The notes under the pieces are model-generated. The model was given only the letters and a program-made list of their open reading frames with translations, was not told the DNA's origin and did not search any database. This document shows positions 26,090 to 36,035 of a DNA stretch of 40,026 bases, piece after piece (positions within the stretch are counted from its first letter, which is position 1; the number at the start of each line of letters is the position of its first letter). The stretch is taken from the sequence record SRR2962707_1517; one strand, 5' to 3'. The translations under genes and the position numbers were made by a program.

Positions 26090-27760
26090 TTGTCAAAACC
26101 GGACACGGACCCCAAGCCGGACGAGCATGTGCTTGAACAATTGCTGCGTCCAATCCGTGGACCGGTGCGCGTTGCGTCGATGCTTGCCGTGGTGTCGTCG
26201 TTGATCTGGGTGTTGCAGGCGGCGATCGTGGCGCTTGCAATCGGGGGGCTGCTTGCGCCGGAGCGCGAAATTGGCGCCGGCATGCTGATAACCGCGATTG
26301 CGTTTGTTGCCCTCGGCGTCCTGCGCGCTTGTTTGACCTACTATGCAGAAGGTTTGCTGTTTGCTGCCGGCACAAGGGCGGTGACAGAGGCAAGAGAGGA
26401 AATCGTTCGACGCGAAATGCGGACAACCGGTTCCGCAGGAGCAGGATCGACTGCTGCCCTGGCCAGTGAGAAGCTTGATTTCATCATCCCCTATATCACC
26501 CGTTACGCCCCGGCACGTGCGCGGGTGATGATCGTGCCATTGGTTATTCTGGTGCTTGGTTTCTGGTTTTCGTGGGCCGTCGGAGTAGTTCTGCTGATGA
26601 CCGGACCATTGATCCCGGTCTTCATGGCGCTGGTCGGGATGGCCGCCAGAGAGGCGAGCCAGCGGCAGATGACCGACATTGGTTCGCTCAATGATCTCCT
26701 GATTGAGCGCTTGGCTGCGCTGGTCGATATCAGACTTCTCGATGCCGGGCGCTCCGTGGTTTCCGATTTTGCCAGTGGCGCTGAGCAGCTCAGGGCGAGA
26801 ACCATGAACGTCCTGCGGATCGCCTTCCTGTCCTCGACTGTGCTGGAGCTTTTTGCCGCCATCGGTGTTGCGATGGTCGCGGTCTATGTCGGCTTTGCGC
26901 TGCTCGGCGCCATCGGATTTGGCAGTTACGCCATGCCGCTCAGTCCCGCCGCCGGGATATTTCTTTTGTTGCTGGCACCGGATTTTTATCAGCCATTGCG
27001 GGATTTATCGGCAGCCTGGCATGACAAGGCTGCGGCTTTGGCAGTCGCCGGCGAACTTTCGGAATGGCGGGCGCAGACGCCTCCGGTGATGCTTGGCAAG
27101 GGCGCGCGCGCCGGGAAACTTCACGGAGCTGCCGAAATCAGACTGCAGGGCGTGGCGGTTCAATCGGGAAGCAAGCTGATCCGGTTTCCCGACATGACCA
27201 TCCGGGCAGGGGAGAGTGTCGCCCTGATGGGCCCGTCTGGTGCGGGAAAGACGACGCTGCTGCGGCTCATTGCAGGTCTGGCAATTCCTGTTGAGGGAGC
27301 GATCCACGTTGCGGGCAAGGAACTTGGCACCGACACCGCAGATGCCTGGCGGGCGCGATTGGGCTGGATGCCGCAAGCACCGCATTTTCTCAACTCCAGT
27401 CTGGCCGACAATGTGGGCTTCGGGCAAGCCGGAGACCTCGATGAGGCCTTGCGCGCTGCTGCTGTCGGGCCTGTTGTCGATGCGCTGCCCGGTGGAAAGC
27501 AAGCGCTTCTGGGCGAAACCGGCGGAGGGCTTTCGGGTGGCGAGGCGCGCCGGATCACGCTGGCGCGGGCGGTTTTCGCGCGGCCCGACATCCTGCTGGC
27601 CGATGAGCCGACTGCTGATCTCGACCCGGAAACAGCCGGTATGGTGATGGCCGGATTGCGCCAACTCGCGGGCCGGGGGTGCGGTCTGGTTGTCGCCACG
27701 CATGATCGCGAACTGGCTGCGAGGATGGACCGAATCATCCGGATCGGAGATGAGGCATGA
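26090..27760 (+). CDS. cydD: Thiol reductant/heme ABC exporter subunit CydD
   Basis: TGPLIPVFMALVG, RTMNVLRIAFLSSTVLELF, LLLAPDFYQPLRDL, GPSGAGKT, LSGGEARR, DEPTADLD. Start uncertain (TTG 26075 or 26090, GTG 26129). Confidence 0.93.
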   Translation: MSKPDTDPKPDEHVLEQLLRPIRGPVRVASMLAVVSSLIWVLQAAIVALAIGGLLAPEREIGAGMLITAIAFVALGVLRACLTYYAEGLLFAAGTRAVTEAREEIVRREMRTTGSAGAGSTAALASEKLDFIIPYITRYAPARARVMIVPLVILVLGFWFSWAVGVVLLMTGPLIPVFMALVGMAAREASQRQMTDIGSLNDLLIERLAALVDIRLLDAGRSVVSDFASGAEQLRARTMNVLRIAFLSSTVLELFAAIGVAMVAVYVGFALLGAIGFGSYAMPLSPAAGIFLLLLAPDFYQPLRDLSAAWHDKAAALAVAGELSEWRAQTPPVMLGKGARAGKLHGAAEIRLQGVAVQSGSKLIRFPDMTIRAGESVALMGPSGAGKTTLLRLIAGLAIPVEGAIHVAGKELGTDTADAWRARLGWMPQAPHFLNSSLADNVGFGQAGDLDEALRAAAVGPVVDALPGGKQALLGETGGGLSGGEARRITLARAVFARPDILLADEPTADLDPETAGMVMAGLRQLAGRGCGLVVATHDRELAARMDRIIRIGDEA

Positions 27761-29424
27761 GTGCCTTGTGGCGCATTTTCCGGCTCATCCTCCGGGACCA
27801 GAAGACCGCCCTGATGCGTGGTGCAGTGCTGAGTCTGGTCGTGTTGATCGCCGGTATCGCTCTGCTCGGGCTGTCGGGCTGGTTCATCACGGCTGCAGCG
27901 GCAGCGGGGCTGGCGGGTGCCGGACTGGTTTTTGATGTGTTCCGACCTTCGGCAATGGTGCGCTTTCTGGCATTGGGCAGAACTGCCGCACGCTATGGCG
28001 AAAGGCTTTTGACACATGACGCGACACTCAAGGCGCTGACATCAATCAGGGTGCGGTTGCTGGAAGCCACTGTTTCCGCCCCGCATGATGCGGTGGTACG
28101 GCTGCGCGGCCCGCAGGCGCTAAACCGCCTGATGGCGGATGTTGATGCGCTTGACGGTGTGCCGTTGCGGTTGATCCTGCCTATCACAGCTGGAATCGCA
28201 GCCCAGTTGCTGACATTTCTGGCCTTGTGGTGGTTGGTGGATCTTCGCATTGCGCTCTGGATTTTCATGGGCTTTCTCGCGGCTTCGACGGTCACGCTGA
28301 TTGCTGCCGCACGGGTGGCTGCAGCGGCGTCACGGCAAGAAGAAGCCGCCGCCCAGGAATTTCGTTCGGGCTTCATTGATCTGATCCGGGCGCGCGGGGA
28401 TCTTGCCGTTTACGGGCAATTGGCGCGGCACGGGGAGGCCGTGCTGGCAAGTGATGTCAGTCGTCAAACAAGGCGCGCCAGGCTTGATCTGGTGGAGCGG
28501 CGGGCCGGCTTTGCACTCTCTGTTATGGGAACAGTCGTGGCTTCAGGCGCGCTTGCCATCGGCATGGCACTGGCGCAGGCTGGCACGATCACCCCCGCAC
28601 TGGCAGCTATCGGTTTCTTTGTTTCGCTGGCCTTGATGGAGACGGTTGGCCCGTTGCGCCGGGCAATGGCCGATCTGGGCCGAATGGTGGTTGCCGCACG
28701 AAGAGTGGATGACAGCCTGTCACTGGTTGGCACTGACGGCAGCGGTACCTTGTCCAGTGCAACCGCGCGTTTGCAGATCGAAAACCTGACGTTCTGCCGA
28801 AGCAATGCCACAAGCCCGGTGCTGAGCGGGGTTAGCCTGGAGCTTGGCTCAGGAGAAAGCCTGGCGATCACTGGCGCGAGCGGATCCGGCAAGAGTACGT
28901 TGCTGCTGCTTGCGGCACGGCTTCTGCCCGCTAGTGAAGGACGCATATCCCTGGGCTCCGTGCAGCTTGAAGATTGGAGCGAGACCAAATTGCGCTCGGT
29001 TCTCACCCTGGTGCCACAACGCAGCGCCCTGATGGCGGTCACAATCAGCGAGGCACTGCGGCTGGGAGCACGAGATGCCACCGATGCCGAACTTTGGGGT
29101 GTGCTCGAGGCTGTCGCACTGGCCCGCGTTGTTCGCGCCAAAGGCGGGCTGGATTTCCATTTGGGACCGATGGGGGCGGGATTGTCGGGTGGCGAAGCGC
29201 GGCGGCTTGTGATTGCACGCAGTTTGCTGCGGCATCCCAAATTGCTGTTGCTTGATGAACCCACCGAGGGGCTGGATGATGCGACGGCTCTCGCCGTTCT
29301 TACGGGAATCCGTGCGTATCTTCCCGAAGCCGGGATCCTGACAGCGTCGCATCGCATGGTTGAAATCAAATGGGCAGATCGTATCATGGCTCTGGACCAA
29401 TCCCGCCCGCAGGCACAAGGATAG
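27757..29424 (+). CDS. cydC: Thiol reductant/heme ABC exporter subunit CydC
   Basis: LLGLSGWFITAAA, RTAARYGERLLTHDATL, GASGSGKST, LSGGEARR, LLDEPTEGLD. ATGA-coupled to cydD. Confidence 0.94.
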   Translation: MSALWRIFRLILRDQKTALMRGAVLSLVVLIAGIALLGLSGWFITAAAAAGLAGAGLVFDVFRPSAMVRFLALGRTAARYGERLLTHDATLKALTSIRVRLLEATVSAPHDAVVRLRGPQALNRLMADVDALDGVPLRLILPITAGIAAQLLTFLALWWLVDLRIALWIFMGFLAASTVTLIAAARVAAAASRQEEAAAQEFRSGFIDLIRARGDLAVYGQLARHGEAVLASDVSRQTRRARLDLVERRAGFALSVMGTVVASGALAIGMALAQAGTITPALAAIGFFVSLALMETVGPLRRAMADLGRMVVAARRVDDSLSLVGTDGSGTLSSATARLQIENLTFCRSNATSPVLSGVSLELGSGESLAITGASGSGKSTLLLLAARLLPASEGRISLGSVQLEDWSETKLRSVLTLVPQRSALMAVTISEALRLGARDATDAELWGVLEAVALARVVRAKGGLDFHLGPMGAGLSGGEARRLVIARSLLRHPKLLLLDEPTEGLDDATALAVLTGIRAYLPEAGILTASHRMVEIKWADRIMALDQSRPQAQG

Positions 29425-29450
29425 TCCTTGATACGCAGGGGCGCGGCACA

Positions 29451-29473
29451 AAGGCGCATTTCCAATACAGCTT
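29451..29473. promoter_or_regulatory. Rrf2/NsrR-like operator upstream of cydA
   Basis: AAGGCGCATTT-C-CAATACAGCTT, 17/22 to the NsrR 11-1-11 consensus AAGATGCATTT-N-AAATGCATCTT. Confidence 0.62.
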
Positions 29474-29475
29474 TG

Positions 29476-29489
29476 TTGATCCAAATCAA
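29476..29489. promoter_or_regulatory. FNR/FixK box upstream of cydA
   Basis: Perfect TTGAT-CCAA-ATCAA. Confidence 0.85.
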
Positions 29490-29576
29490 TGCTGGCGGGT
29501 TGATCCGGACATATTCGGGAACTTGCAGATATTATTTTGAGAACGGCACTCGTTCTCATTCAAAGGAGTGCAGCAA

Positions 29577-31187
29577 ATGGAATTCGGGATCGTCGAGCTG
29601 TCACGGCTGCAGTTTGCCGTCACGGTCATGTATCACTTTCTCTTTGTTCCTCTGACGCTGGGACTCTCGGTCCTCGTGGCGATCATGGAAACGGTCTATG
29701 TGATGACCAACCGCCCGATATGGCGGCAGATGACCAAATTCTGGGGCTTGCTGTTTGGCATCAACTTCGCTCTCGGAGTGGCCACCGGCATTACCATGGA
29801 GTTTCAGTTCGGGATGAACTGGAGCTATTACAGCCATTATGTCGGCGACATTTTCGGCGCGCCGCTGGCGATTGAAGGTCTGATGGCCTTCTTTCTCGAG
29901 GCCACATTCGTTGGTTTGTTCTTCTTCGGCTGGGACAAACTGAGCAAGGTCGCGCATCTGATTGTGGCCTGGCTGGTGGCCATCGGTTCGAACTTCTCCG
30001 CGCTGTGGATTCTGATCGCGAATGGATGGATGCAGAACCCGGTTGGCGCTCAGTTCAATCCGATGACGATGCGCATGGAGATGACCGATTTCTTCGAAGT
30101 GCTGTTCAACGAAGTGGCGCAGGCCAAATTTGTTCACACCGTATCAGCCGGCTATGTGACCGCGTCGGTGTTCGTGCTTGGCGTTTCGGCCTGGTACCTG
30201 CTGCGCGGACGCCATATCGAGCTGGCGCGGCGTTCAATCACAGTGGCAGCCGCATTCGGACTGGCATCGGCCTTCTCGGTGGTGCTGCTGGGTGATGAAT
30301 CCGGCTACAGCGCCACGCACAGCCAGAAAATGAAACTGGCGGCCATCGAAGGCATGTGGGAGACCGAGCCGGCTCCGGCAGCCTTTACCGCCTTCGGGTT
30401 TCCCGATCAGGAGGCGCGTGAAACCCACTATGCCATCCACATTCCCTATGTGATGGGGCTGATCGGCACTCGCTCGCTGACCACATCCATTCCAGGCATC
30501 GAAGAGCTTGAACGCCAGGCTGAGACCCGCATTCGGTCCGGCATGATTGCCTATGACGCGCTGATGCACATTCGTGAAGAGCGCGACAATGCCGACCCGG
30601 CTGAGACCGCGCGTTTCGAGGCGCATTCGGCCGATCTCGGCTTTGCGTACCTTTTGAAGAAATATGTCGATGACCCCAGAGAGGCGACGCCCGAGCAGAT
30701 CGTGCAGGCCGCCAATGACACCATCCCGACGGTGTGGCCGCTTTTCTGGGCGTTCCGGATCATGGTGGCGCTGGGCTTCGGTTTCATCGCGACGATGGCT
30801 TATTTCTTCTGGCGCGCCTCGTTCAAGGGCATGAACTTCCCGCGGCCTGCGCTGCATCTGGCCGTCTGGATGATCCCGGCGCCGTGGATTGCGGCGGAAC
30901 TCGGCTGGTTCGTGGCCGAATACGGCAGGCAACCCTGGACCGTGGACGGCGTGTTGCCGACGGCCATGTCGGTCTCTGCGCTGTCGATGACCGAGGTGGC
31001 GATCACGCTCGCGGGATTTGTCATCTTCTACACAGTGCTTTTTGTGATCGAGATGGGGCTGATGCTGAAATATATCCGCAAGGGCCCCTTCCAGGATGTC
31101 GAAGAAACCGACGCCTGGGTTGCCAGACACACTGAACGGTTGGCCGGGCGGCGCAATGCCGACGCCATCGCCATGCCAGCGGAGTAA
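29577..31187 (+). CDS. cydA: Cytochrome bd ubiquinol oxidase subunit I (long Q-loop)
   Basis: SRLQFA, YHFLFVPLTLG, GITMEFQFG, KFVHT, QKMKLAAIEG, FRIMV, AEYGRQPW. AAGGAG RBS. Confidence 0.97.
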   Translation: MEFGIVELSRLQFAVTVMYHFLFVPLTLGLSVLVAIMETVYVMTNRPIWRQMTKFWGLLFGINFALGVATGITMEFQFGMNWSYYSHYVGDIFGAPLAIEGLMAFFLEATFVGLFFFGWDKLSKVAHLIVAWLVAIGSNFSALWILIANGWMQNPVGAQFNPMTMRMEMTDFFEVLFNEVAQAKFVHTVSAGYVTASVFVLGVSAWYLLRGRHIELARRSITVAAAFGLASAFSVVLLGDESGYSATHSQKMKLAAIEGMWETEPAPAAFTAFGFPDQEARETHYAIHIPYVMGLIGTRSLTTSIPGIEELERQAETRIRSGMIAYDALMHIREERDNADPAETARFEAHSADLGFAYLLKKYVDDPREATPEQIVQAANDTIPTVWPLFWAFRIMVALGFGFIATMAYFFWRASFKGMNFPRPALHLAVWMIPAPWIAAELGWFVAEYGRQPWTVDGVLPTAMSVSALSMTEVAITLAGFVIFYTVLFVIEMGLMLKYIRKGPFQDVEETDAWVARHTERLAGRRNADAIAMPAE

Positions 31188-31192
31188 GACCG

Positions 31193-32356
31193 ATGATCCT
31201 GCACACTTTAATTGACTATGACGTTCTGCGCGTGATCTGGTGGGGATTAGTCGGCGTCCTGCTAATCGGCTTTGCCATGACCGACGGCTTCGACATGGGC
31301 GTTGGCGCATTGCTGCCGTTTGTCGCCAAAACCGATGCCGAACGCCGCGTGGCGATCAACACGGTGGGGCCTGTCTGGGAAGGCAACCAGGTCTGGTTCA
31401 TCCTCGGCGGCGGGGCGATCTTCGCCGCATGGCCGCCACTCTATGCCGTCTCGTTTTCGGGTTTTTATCTGGCGATGTTTGTGATCCTTGCTGCCTTCAT
31501 CGTACGGCCGGTGGCATTCAAATACCGCTCCAAGCGTGATGATGTGCGCTGGCGGACGCGGTGGGACTGGGCGCTGTGTGTCAGCGGCGCGATCCCGGCG
31601 CTGTTGTTCGGTGTTGCCGTCGGCAATGTCATTCAGGGCGTGCCGTTCCATTTCACCGATGATTTGCACACCATCTATGAGGGTGCCTGGTACACCAAAT
31701 TTGTAGGTCTGCTGGATCCGTTCTCGCTGCTCGCGGGCGTCGTGTCGCTGTCCATGCTGGTCATGCATGGTGGCGCATGGCTGACATTGAAAGCAGAAGG
31801 CAATGTCCGTGATCGGGCCCGCCGTTTCGGCTCCGTCGCAGCTCTGGTTGCCGTTGCGGCTTACGCGCTGGCCGGTGTCTGGATGGCAGTCGGTATCGAC
31901 GGCTACCGCATCGTCGGCGATTATGTGACCGGCGGCCCCTCCAACCCGCTGCATTTCGAGGTGGAAAAAACAGCAAGCTGGTTGAGCTCTTATTCGGATC
32001 GCCCGTGGATCGCGATTGCTCCGGTGATGGGCATTCTGGGCGGCTTGCTGACATTTCTCGGTCTGCGCGCCGGACGTGAAATCTCGACATTGCTGGTTTC
32101 CAAGATGGCCATTTTGGGGGTGATATCGTCTGTCGGACTGACCATGTTCCCGTTCATCATGCCGTCTTCGTCCGATCCACGTTCGTCGCTGACGGTGTGG
32201 AACAGCTCGTCGTCACACCTGACCCTGTTCATCATGCTGGTGGCGACCGTGATCTTCCTGCCGTTGATCCTGGTCTATACCGCATGGGTCTACAAAGTCC
32301 TGTGGGGCAAGGTCACCGAGGACGACGTCACCGACAATTCTCATTCCGTTTACTGA
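31193..32356 (+). CDS. cydB: Cytochrome bd ubiquinol oxidase subunit II
   Basis: DGFDMGVG, GPVWEGNQVW, FAAWP, PFIMPSS, SLTVWNSSSS, YTAWVYKVLWGK. Confidence 0.97.
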   Translation: MILHTLIDYDVLRVIWWGLVGVLLIGFAMTDGFDMGVGALLPFVAKTDAERRVAINTVGPVWEGNQVWFILGGGAIFAAWPPLYAVSFSGFYLAMFVILAAFIVRPVAFKYRSKRDDVRWRTRWDWALCVSGAIPALLFGVAVGNVIQGVPFHFTDDLHTIYEGAWYTKFVGLLDPFSLLAGVVSLSMLVMHGGAWLTLKAEGNVRDRARRFGSVAALVAVAAYALAGVWMAVGIDGYRIVGDYVTGGPSNPLHFEVEKTASWLSSYSDRPWIAIAPVMGILGGLLTFLGLRAGREISTLLVSKMAILGVISSVGLTMFPFIMPSSSDPRSSLTVWNSSSSHLTLFIMLVATVIFLPLILVYTAWVYKVLWGKVTEDDVTDNSHSVY

Positions 32357-32372
32357 TCAGGAGGATCAAGAC

Positions 32373-32516
32373 ATGTGGTATTTCGCCTGGTTGCTCGGAC
32401 TTCCGCTCGCTGCAATGTTTGCCGTGGTCAACGCCATGTGGCTGGAGCTGCAGGAAGACAGCCGTATGATCAATGATCAGGGACACAATGAAGAGCGTGG
32501 TAGAACGGGTCGCTGA
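32373..32516 (+). CDS. cydX: Cytochrome bd oxidase small subunit CydX (47 aa; not in the ORF track)
   Basis: My translation: MWYFAWLLGLPLAAMFAVVNAMWLELQEDSRMINDQGHNEERGRTGR. AGGAGG RBS directly after cydB. Confidence 0.93.
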   Translation: MWYFAWLLGLPLAAMFAVVNAMWLELQEDSRMINDQGHNEERGRTGR

Positions 32517-32782
32517 TCGCGTTGTAATTGACAAAATTCCCGAGGGCGCCGCTTCACCATGGCACTCTCTTGTGTTCGGAGCACTCAAAAATCTCAGCGG
32601 TTTTGTCTGACGATCATCATGCCGGCGTGAGCTGTGGCAATCGGATCATGCTGGCCGCGATCACACGTTGGTGCCGAATGGGATGTGCCAAGGTTCGGGT
32701 TGGGGTTGAGTTGATATCCCAGTGAGGCTATCTGGTGTGCGCCACAGGCGGAATTTCCGCAAACACGAAGGCGCATTCACGC

Positions 32783-33709
32783 ATGATCCCAGATTTCCTC
32801 GTTACCCATTCAGGCGGTTTCCATGCCGACGAGTTGCTGTCCAGCGTCATCCTGACACGGCTTTTCCCGCAGGCGCGAATCGTACGCAGCCGCTCACCGG
32901 AGTGGATCACACCGGCAAGTGACCGGATCATTTATGATGTGGGCGGCGCCTATGATGCCGAGGCGCGGATCTTTGATCACCATCAGCGTGGAGCGCCTCT
33001 GCGCGAGGACGGCCAACCCTACAGCTCGTTCGGGTTGATCTGGAAGCATTATGGCCGAGACTATCTTGCCGCCACCGGACTGCCGGAGGCGCATATCGAG
33101 ACCATCTTTACGGCTTTCGACACCAGCTTCGTCCTGCCAATAGACCTGATGGACAATGGCGCCATGAGCCCCTCCGTTGCAGGTCCGCTGGCGGTGCTGA
33201 CCTTGCCGGTTCTGCTTGAAACGCTGAAGCCGGTGTTCGACGAGCCCGACCCCGAGGCGCTGGAGCGGGCGTTCGGCGAGGCTCTGGCCATTGCGCGAAG
33301 CTTCCTTGAGGCCAAGATCGGCGGGAGTGCTGCCAAATTGCGCGCCGAGGACCTTGTCCTCAAGGCTGTCGCAGATGCTGGCGACGGCCGCGTTCTGGAA
33401 CTGCCGATGGGCATGCCATTCCGGTCTGCCGTAATGAAGTCAGGTGCGGATCATCTGCTGTTCGTGGTTCACCCGCGCGACAAGGACTGGTGTCTGACAG
33501 GAATCCGCCGCGCAGCCGAAGGGTTCGAACTGCGTGCCGATTTGCCTGCAGCCTGGGCGGGCCTGACAAATGGTGAATTGGAAAAGGCCTGCGGCGTGGA
33601 GGGCGCGAGCTTCTGCCACAATGGCCGCTTCATTGCCGCCGCCAAGAGCCGTGAAGCAATCCTCGAAATGGCACAGATCGCCGTAAAGGAAGCTGTCGCA
33701 ACCCAATAG
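32783..33709 (+). CDS. MYG1 (UPF0160) family DHH-like metal-dependent hydrolase/exonuclease
   Basis: THSGGFHADE, YDVGG, FDHHQ, YSSFGLIWKHYG, IDLMDNG, LPAAWAGL, FCHNGRF. Confidence 0.92.
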   Translation: MIPDFLVTHSGGFHADELLSSVILTRLFPQARIVRSRSPEWITPASDRIIYDVGGAYDAEARIFDHHQRGAPLREDGQPYSSFGLIWKHYGRDYLAATGLPEAHIETIFTAFDTSFVLPIDLMDNGAMSPSVAGPLAVLTLPVLLETLKPVFDEPDPEALERAFGEALAIARSFLEAKIGGSAAKLRAEDLVLKAVADAGDGRVLELPMGMPFRSAVMKSGADHLLFVVHPRDKDWCLTGIRRAAEGFELRADLPAAWAGLTNGELEKACGVEGASFCHNGRFIAAAKSREAILEMAQIAVKEAVATQ

Positions 33710-33770
33710 GGTTGCAGCCGCCTTTGCCTGACTTTCTTGCAGATCTGTCAGGTCGTCTTTTGGCGTCAAC

Positions 33771-36035
33771 CTATGCTGTGGCTGTCCTTGGAGGCTGTTG
33801 GCCCTTGATCTTTACAGCGAGTGCATTGGCATCAAGCCGAAGCGCGAAGGCGATGGCCTCATGTGCCGGCGCCGGTCTGGCGTAAACAAACCCCTGAACC
33901 TGATCGCATCCGAGTTCCTGCAGAAGTGCGACCTCCTGCTGTTTCTCGGCGCCTTCTGCGATCGTCGTCATGCCAAGCCCGCGCCCAAGCGCGATGATGC
34001 CCCTCAGCAGTTCGATGGCGCGTTTTGAATCTGGCGCACCATCGATGAAAACGCGGTCGATCTTCAACTTGTCAAACGGAAGCTGCGTCAGATACCCCAG
34101 AGACGAGTAACCCGTCCCGAAGTCGTCCAACGCCAATGAAACGCCCAACTCCTTCAAGGATTTCAAGACAGACCGTACCCGGGTTTCGTTCTGATCAACC
34201 AACAGGCTTTCGGTCAGTTCCAGGCACAACAGTTCAGGCGGCAGGTTTGTTTCGGCCAGGACGCTGCTGACATCGCTGACCAGATCCGAATTCCAGATCT
34301 GGGCGGCGGACACATTCACCGCGATCACTGGTGTGGGCACTCCCTCGTCAAGCCATTTCTTTGCCTGAAGGGCTGACTGCCTGAGAATCCAGTAGCCAAG
34401 GTCGCAGATGAGGTGGGAACTTTCCGCAATGGGAATGAAAATACCGGGCGAGATGTTGCCGCGCACAGCGTGGTTCCAGCGGATCAGGGCTTCATATCCG
34501 ATCACCCGGCCGGTCGAAAGGTCGACCTGCGGCTGATAATGAACAGAAAGTCCATCGTCATTGGCCAATGCGTTACGCAGATCCAGGGCCAGGGCGACTT
34601 TTTCCTGAACGGCTTCATCCATGCCGATCTCGAACATCTTGTAGCGGCCGCGCCCTTCCTCCTTGGCGCGATAGAGGGCGAGATCAGCATTGCGCAGAAG
34701 ATCGGTGGATGTTGTACCATGGTCCGGAATAAGGGCTATGCCGATACTTGTGCCGACCGTCACTTCGACACGATCGAGTACAGTCATTCCGGAGATAACC
34801 CTGACGATTTCAGCGGCGATGTCTTCGCATTCCGCTTGGCCGGTTACGCCTTCGAGCAGGATGGCAAACTCGTCGCCGCCGAGTCGGGCGACAAAATGTG
34901 CATTGCCCAAAGTCCGCGCAAGCAGATGGGCGACCTTGACCAATAGCGCATCGCCGACCGAGTGACCGAGCGTATCGTTCACATCCTTGAACCGATCCAG
35001 ATCCAGCAGCAGCAGTGCCCCACTTTCCCCGGTTCGCATGCTGCGTGCCAGAACATCGTCAATCCGGCGGTGGAACAGGGTCCGATTGGCAAGCCCGGTA
35101 AGCGGGTCATGAAACGCCAGTTTCTCCAGCTGCTCTGCTGCCGTCTTTCTGTCGGTGACATCCTGAATTGTGCCGTAGATACCAATCTTGCGTCCATCAC
35201 CGTCGGTTCTGAGTTTGGTGGTAATGGCGAAATGTCCGAGAGTTCCGTCGCCGCGCTGAACCGGGACATCGATGCTCCTGACCACGCCGTAGCGGATGAC
35301 TTCGGCCTGGACATCAAGCAACCGGCTTGCGCTGTCCTCCATGTAGAGGTCCATGACGGAGTCGCGTGTCGGTTTGAATGATGCCGGTTCGTAGGACAGA
35401 AGGCGGTAGATTTCCTCAGCCCAGTAAAGATGGGCCTCACCAAAGTCATAGCTCCAGTCGCCGATTTTTCCCAGATGCTGGGCTTCATTCAACTGAGCCG
35501 AACGGCGGGCAAGCACATCACGGGCGTTTTCAACCTGGCGGACAGCGCGGTCGAGTTTGCGCATCGGGATTGCGCGGCCAAAATAGGCGAAAGCACCGAG
35601 GAAACTCGTAAAAATGCTGAAGAGAAACAGCTCCAGCGCCTTTTGGGCAATCGGGTTGGCGACAACAAGGCTGCCAATGGTTTTTTCGGCAACGCGGATC
35701 GGGGCGCTGGCTCGAAGCTGCAGGGCGCCGGGAAACGGCCCGACAGTGAGGACAAGCTTGCCATCACTGTCAATTATTGTCTGTTCGATCTCGGCTGATC
35801 TGGCGGTATGGAGCTCGACGAGCTCGGTGAGCCGCACTTTCTGATACTGCCACAGTGCTTCGTGGGCGTAGATATATTTGGATACCCTTGCAGCTTGCAT
35901 ATCGGCGATGAACTGGATCTTGCCGTTCAGGTGCTGGTAGGAAGCCACGCCATAGGCAAACGGCGGTACAACAGCGATCGCAAGTGCGATAGCCAGCGCC
36001 ATCCGTTTTCCTGTGGTTTGGAGTGCGTTGATCAC
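33771..36035 (-). CDS. Membrane-anchored PAS-GGDEF-EAL diguanylate cyclase/phosphodiesterase
   Basis: Two TM segments around a periplasmic loop, PAS region (GDWSYDF...TIQDVT), HDPLTGLANR, DLDRFKDVND, RLGGDEF, YEALIRW, DDFGTGYSSL, LKID, QGF. GTG start overlaps the upstream TGA. Confidence 0.94.
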   Translation of the reverse strand: MINALQTTGKRMALAIALAIAVVPPFAYGVASYQHLNGKIQFIADMQAARVSKYIYAHEALWQYQKVRLTELVELHTARSAEIEQTIIDSDGKLVLTVGPFPGALQLRASAPIRVAEKTIGSLVVANPIAQKALELFLFSIFTSFLGAFAYFGRAIPMRKLDRAVRQVENARDVLARRSAQLNEAQHLGKIGDWSYDFGEAHLYWAEEIYRLLSYEPASFKPTRDSVMDLYMEDSASRLLDVQAEVIRYGVVRSIDVPVQRGDGTLGHFAITTKLRTDGDGRKIGIYGTIQDVTDRKTAAEQLEKLAFHDPLTGLANRTLFHRRIDDVLARSMRTGESGALLLLDLDRFKDVNDTLGHSVGDALLVKVAHLLARTLGNAHFVARLGGDEFAILLEGVTGQAECEDIAAEIVRVISGMTVLDRVEVTVGTSIGIALIPDHGTTSTDLLRNADLALYRAKEEGRGRYKMFEIGMDEAVQEKVALALDLRNALANDDGLSVHYQPQVDLSTGRVIGYEALIRWNHAVRGNISPGIFIPIAESSHLICDLGYWILRQSALQAKKWLDEGVPTPVIAVNVSAAQIWNSDLVSDVSSVLAETNLPPELLCLELTESLLVDQNETRVRSVLKSLKELGVSLALDDFGTGYSSLGYLTQLPFDKLKIDRVFIDGAPDSKRAIELLRGIIALGRGLGMTTIAEGAEKQQEVALLQELGCDQVQGFVYARPAPAHEAIAFALRLDANALAVKIKGQQPPRTATA

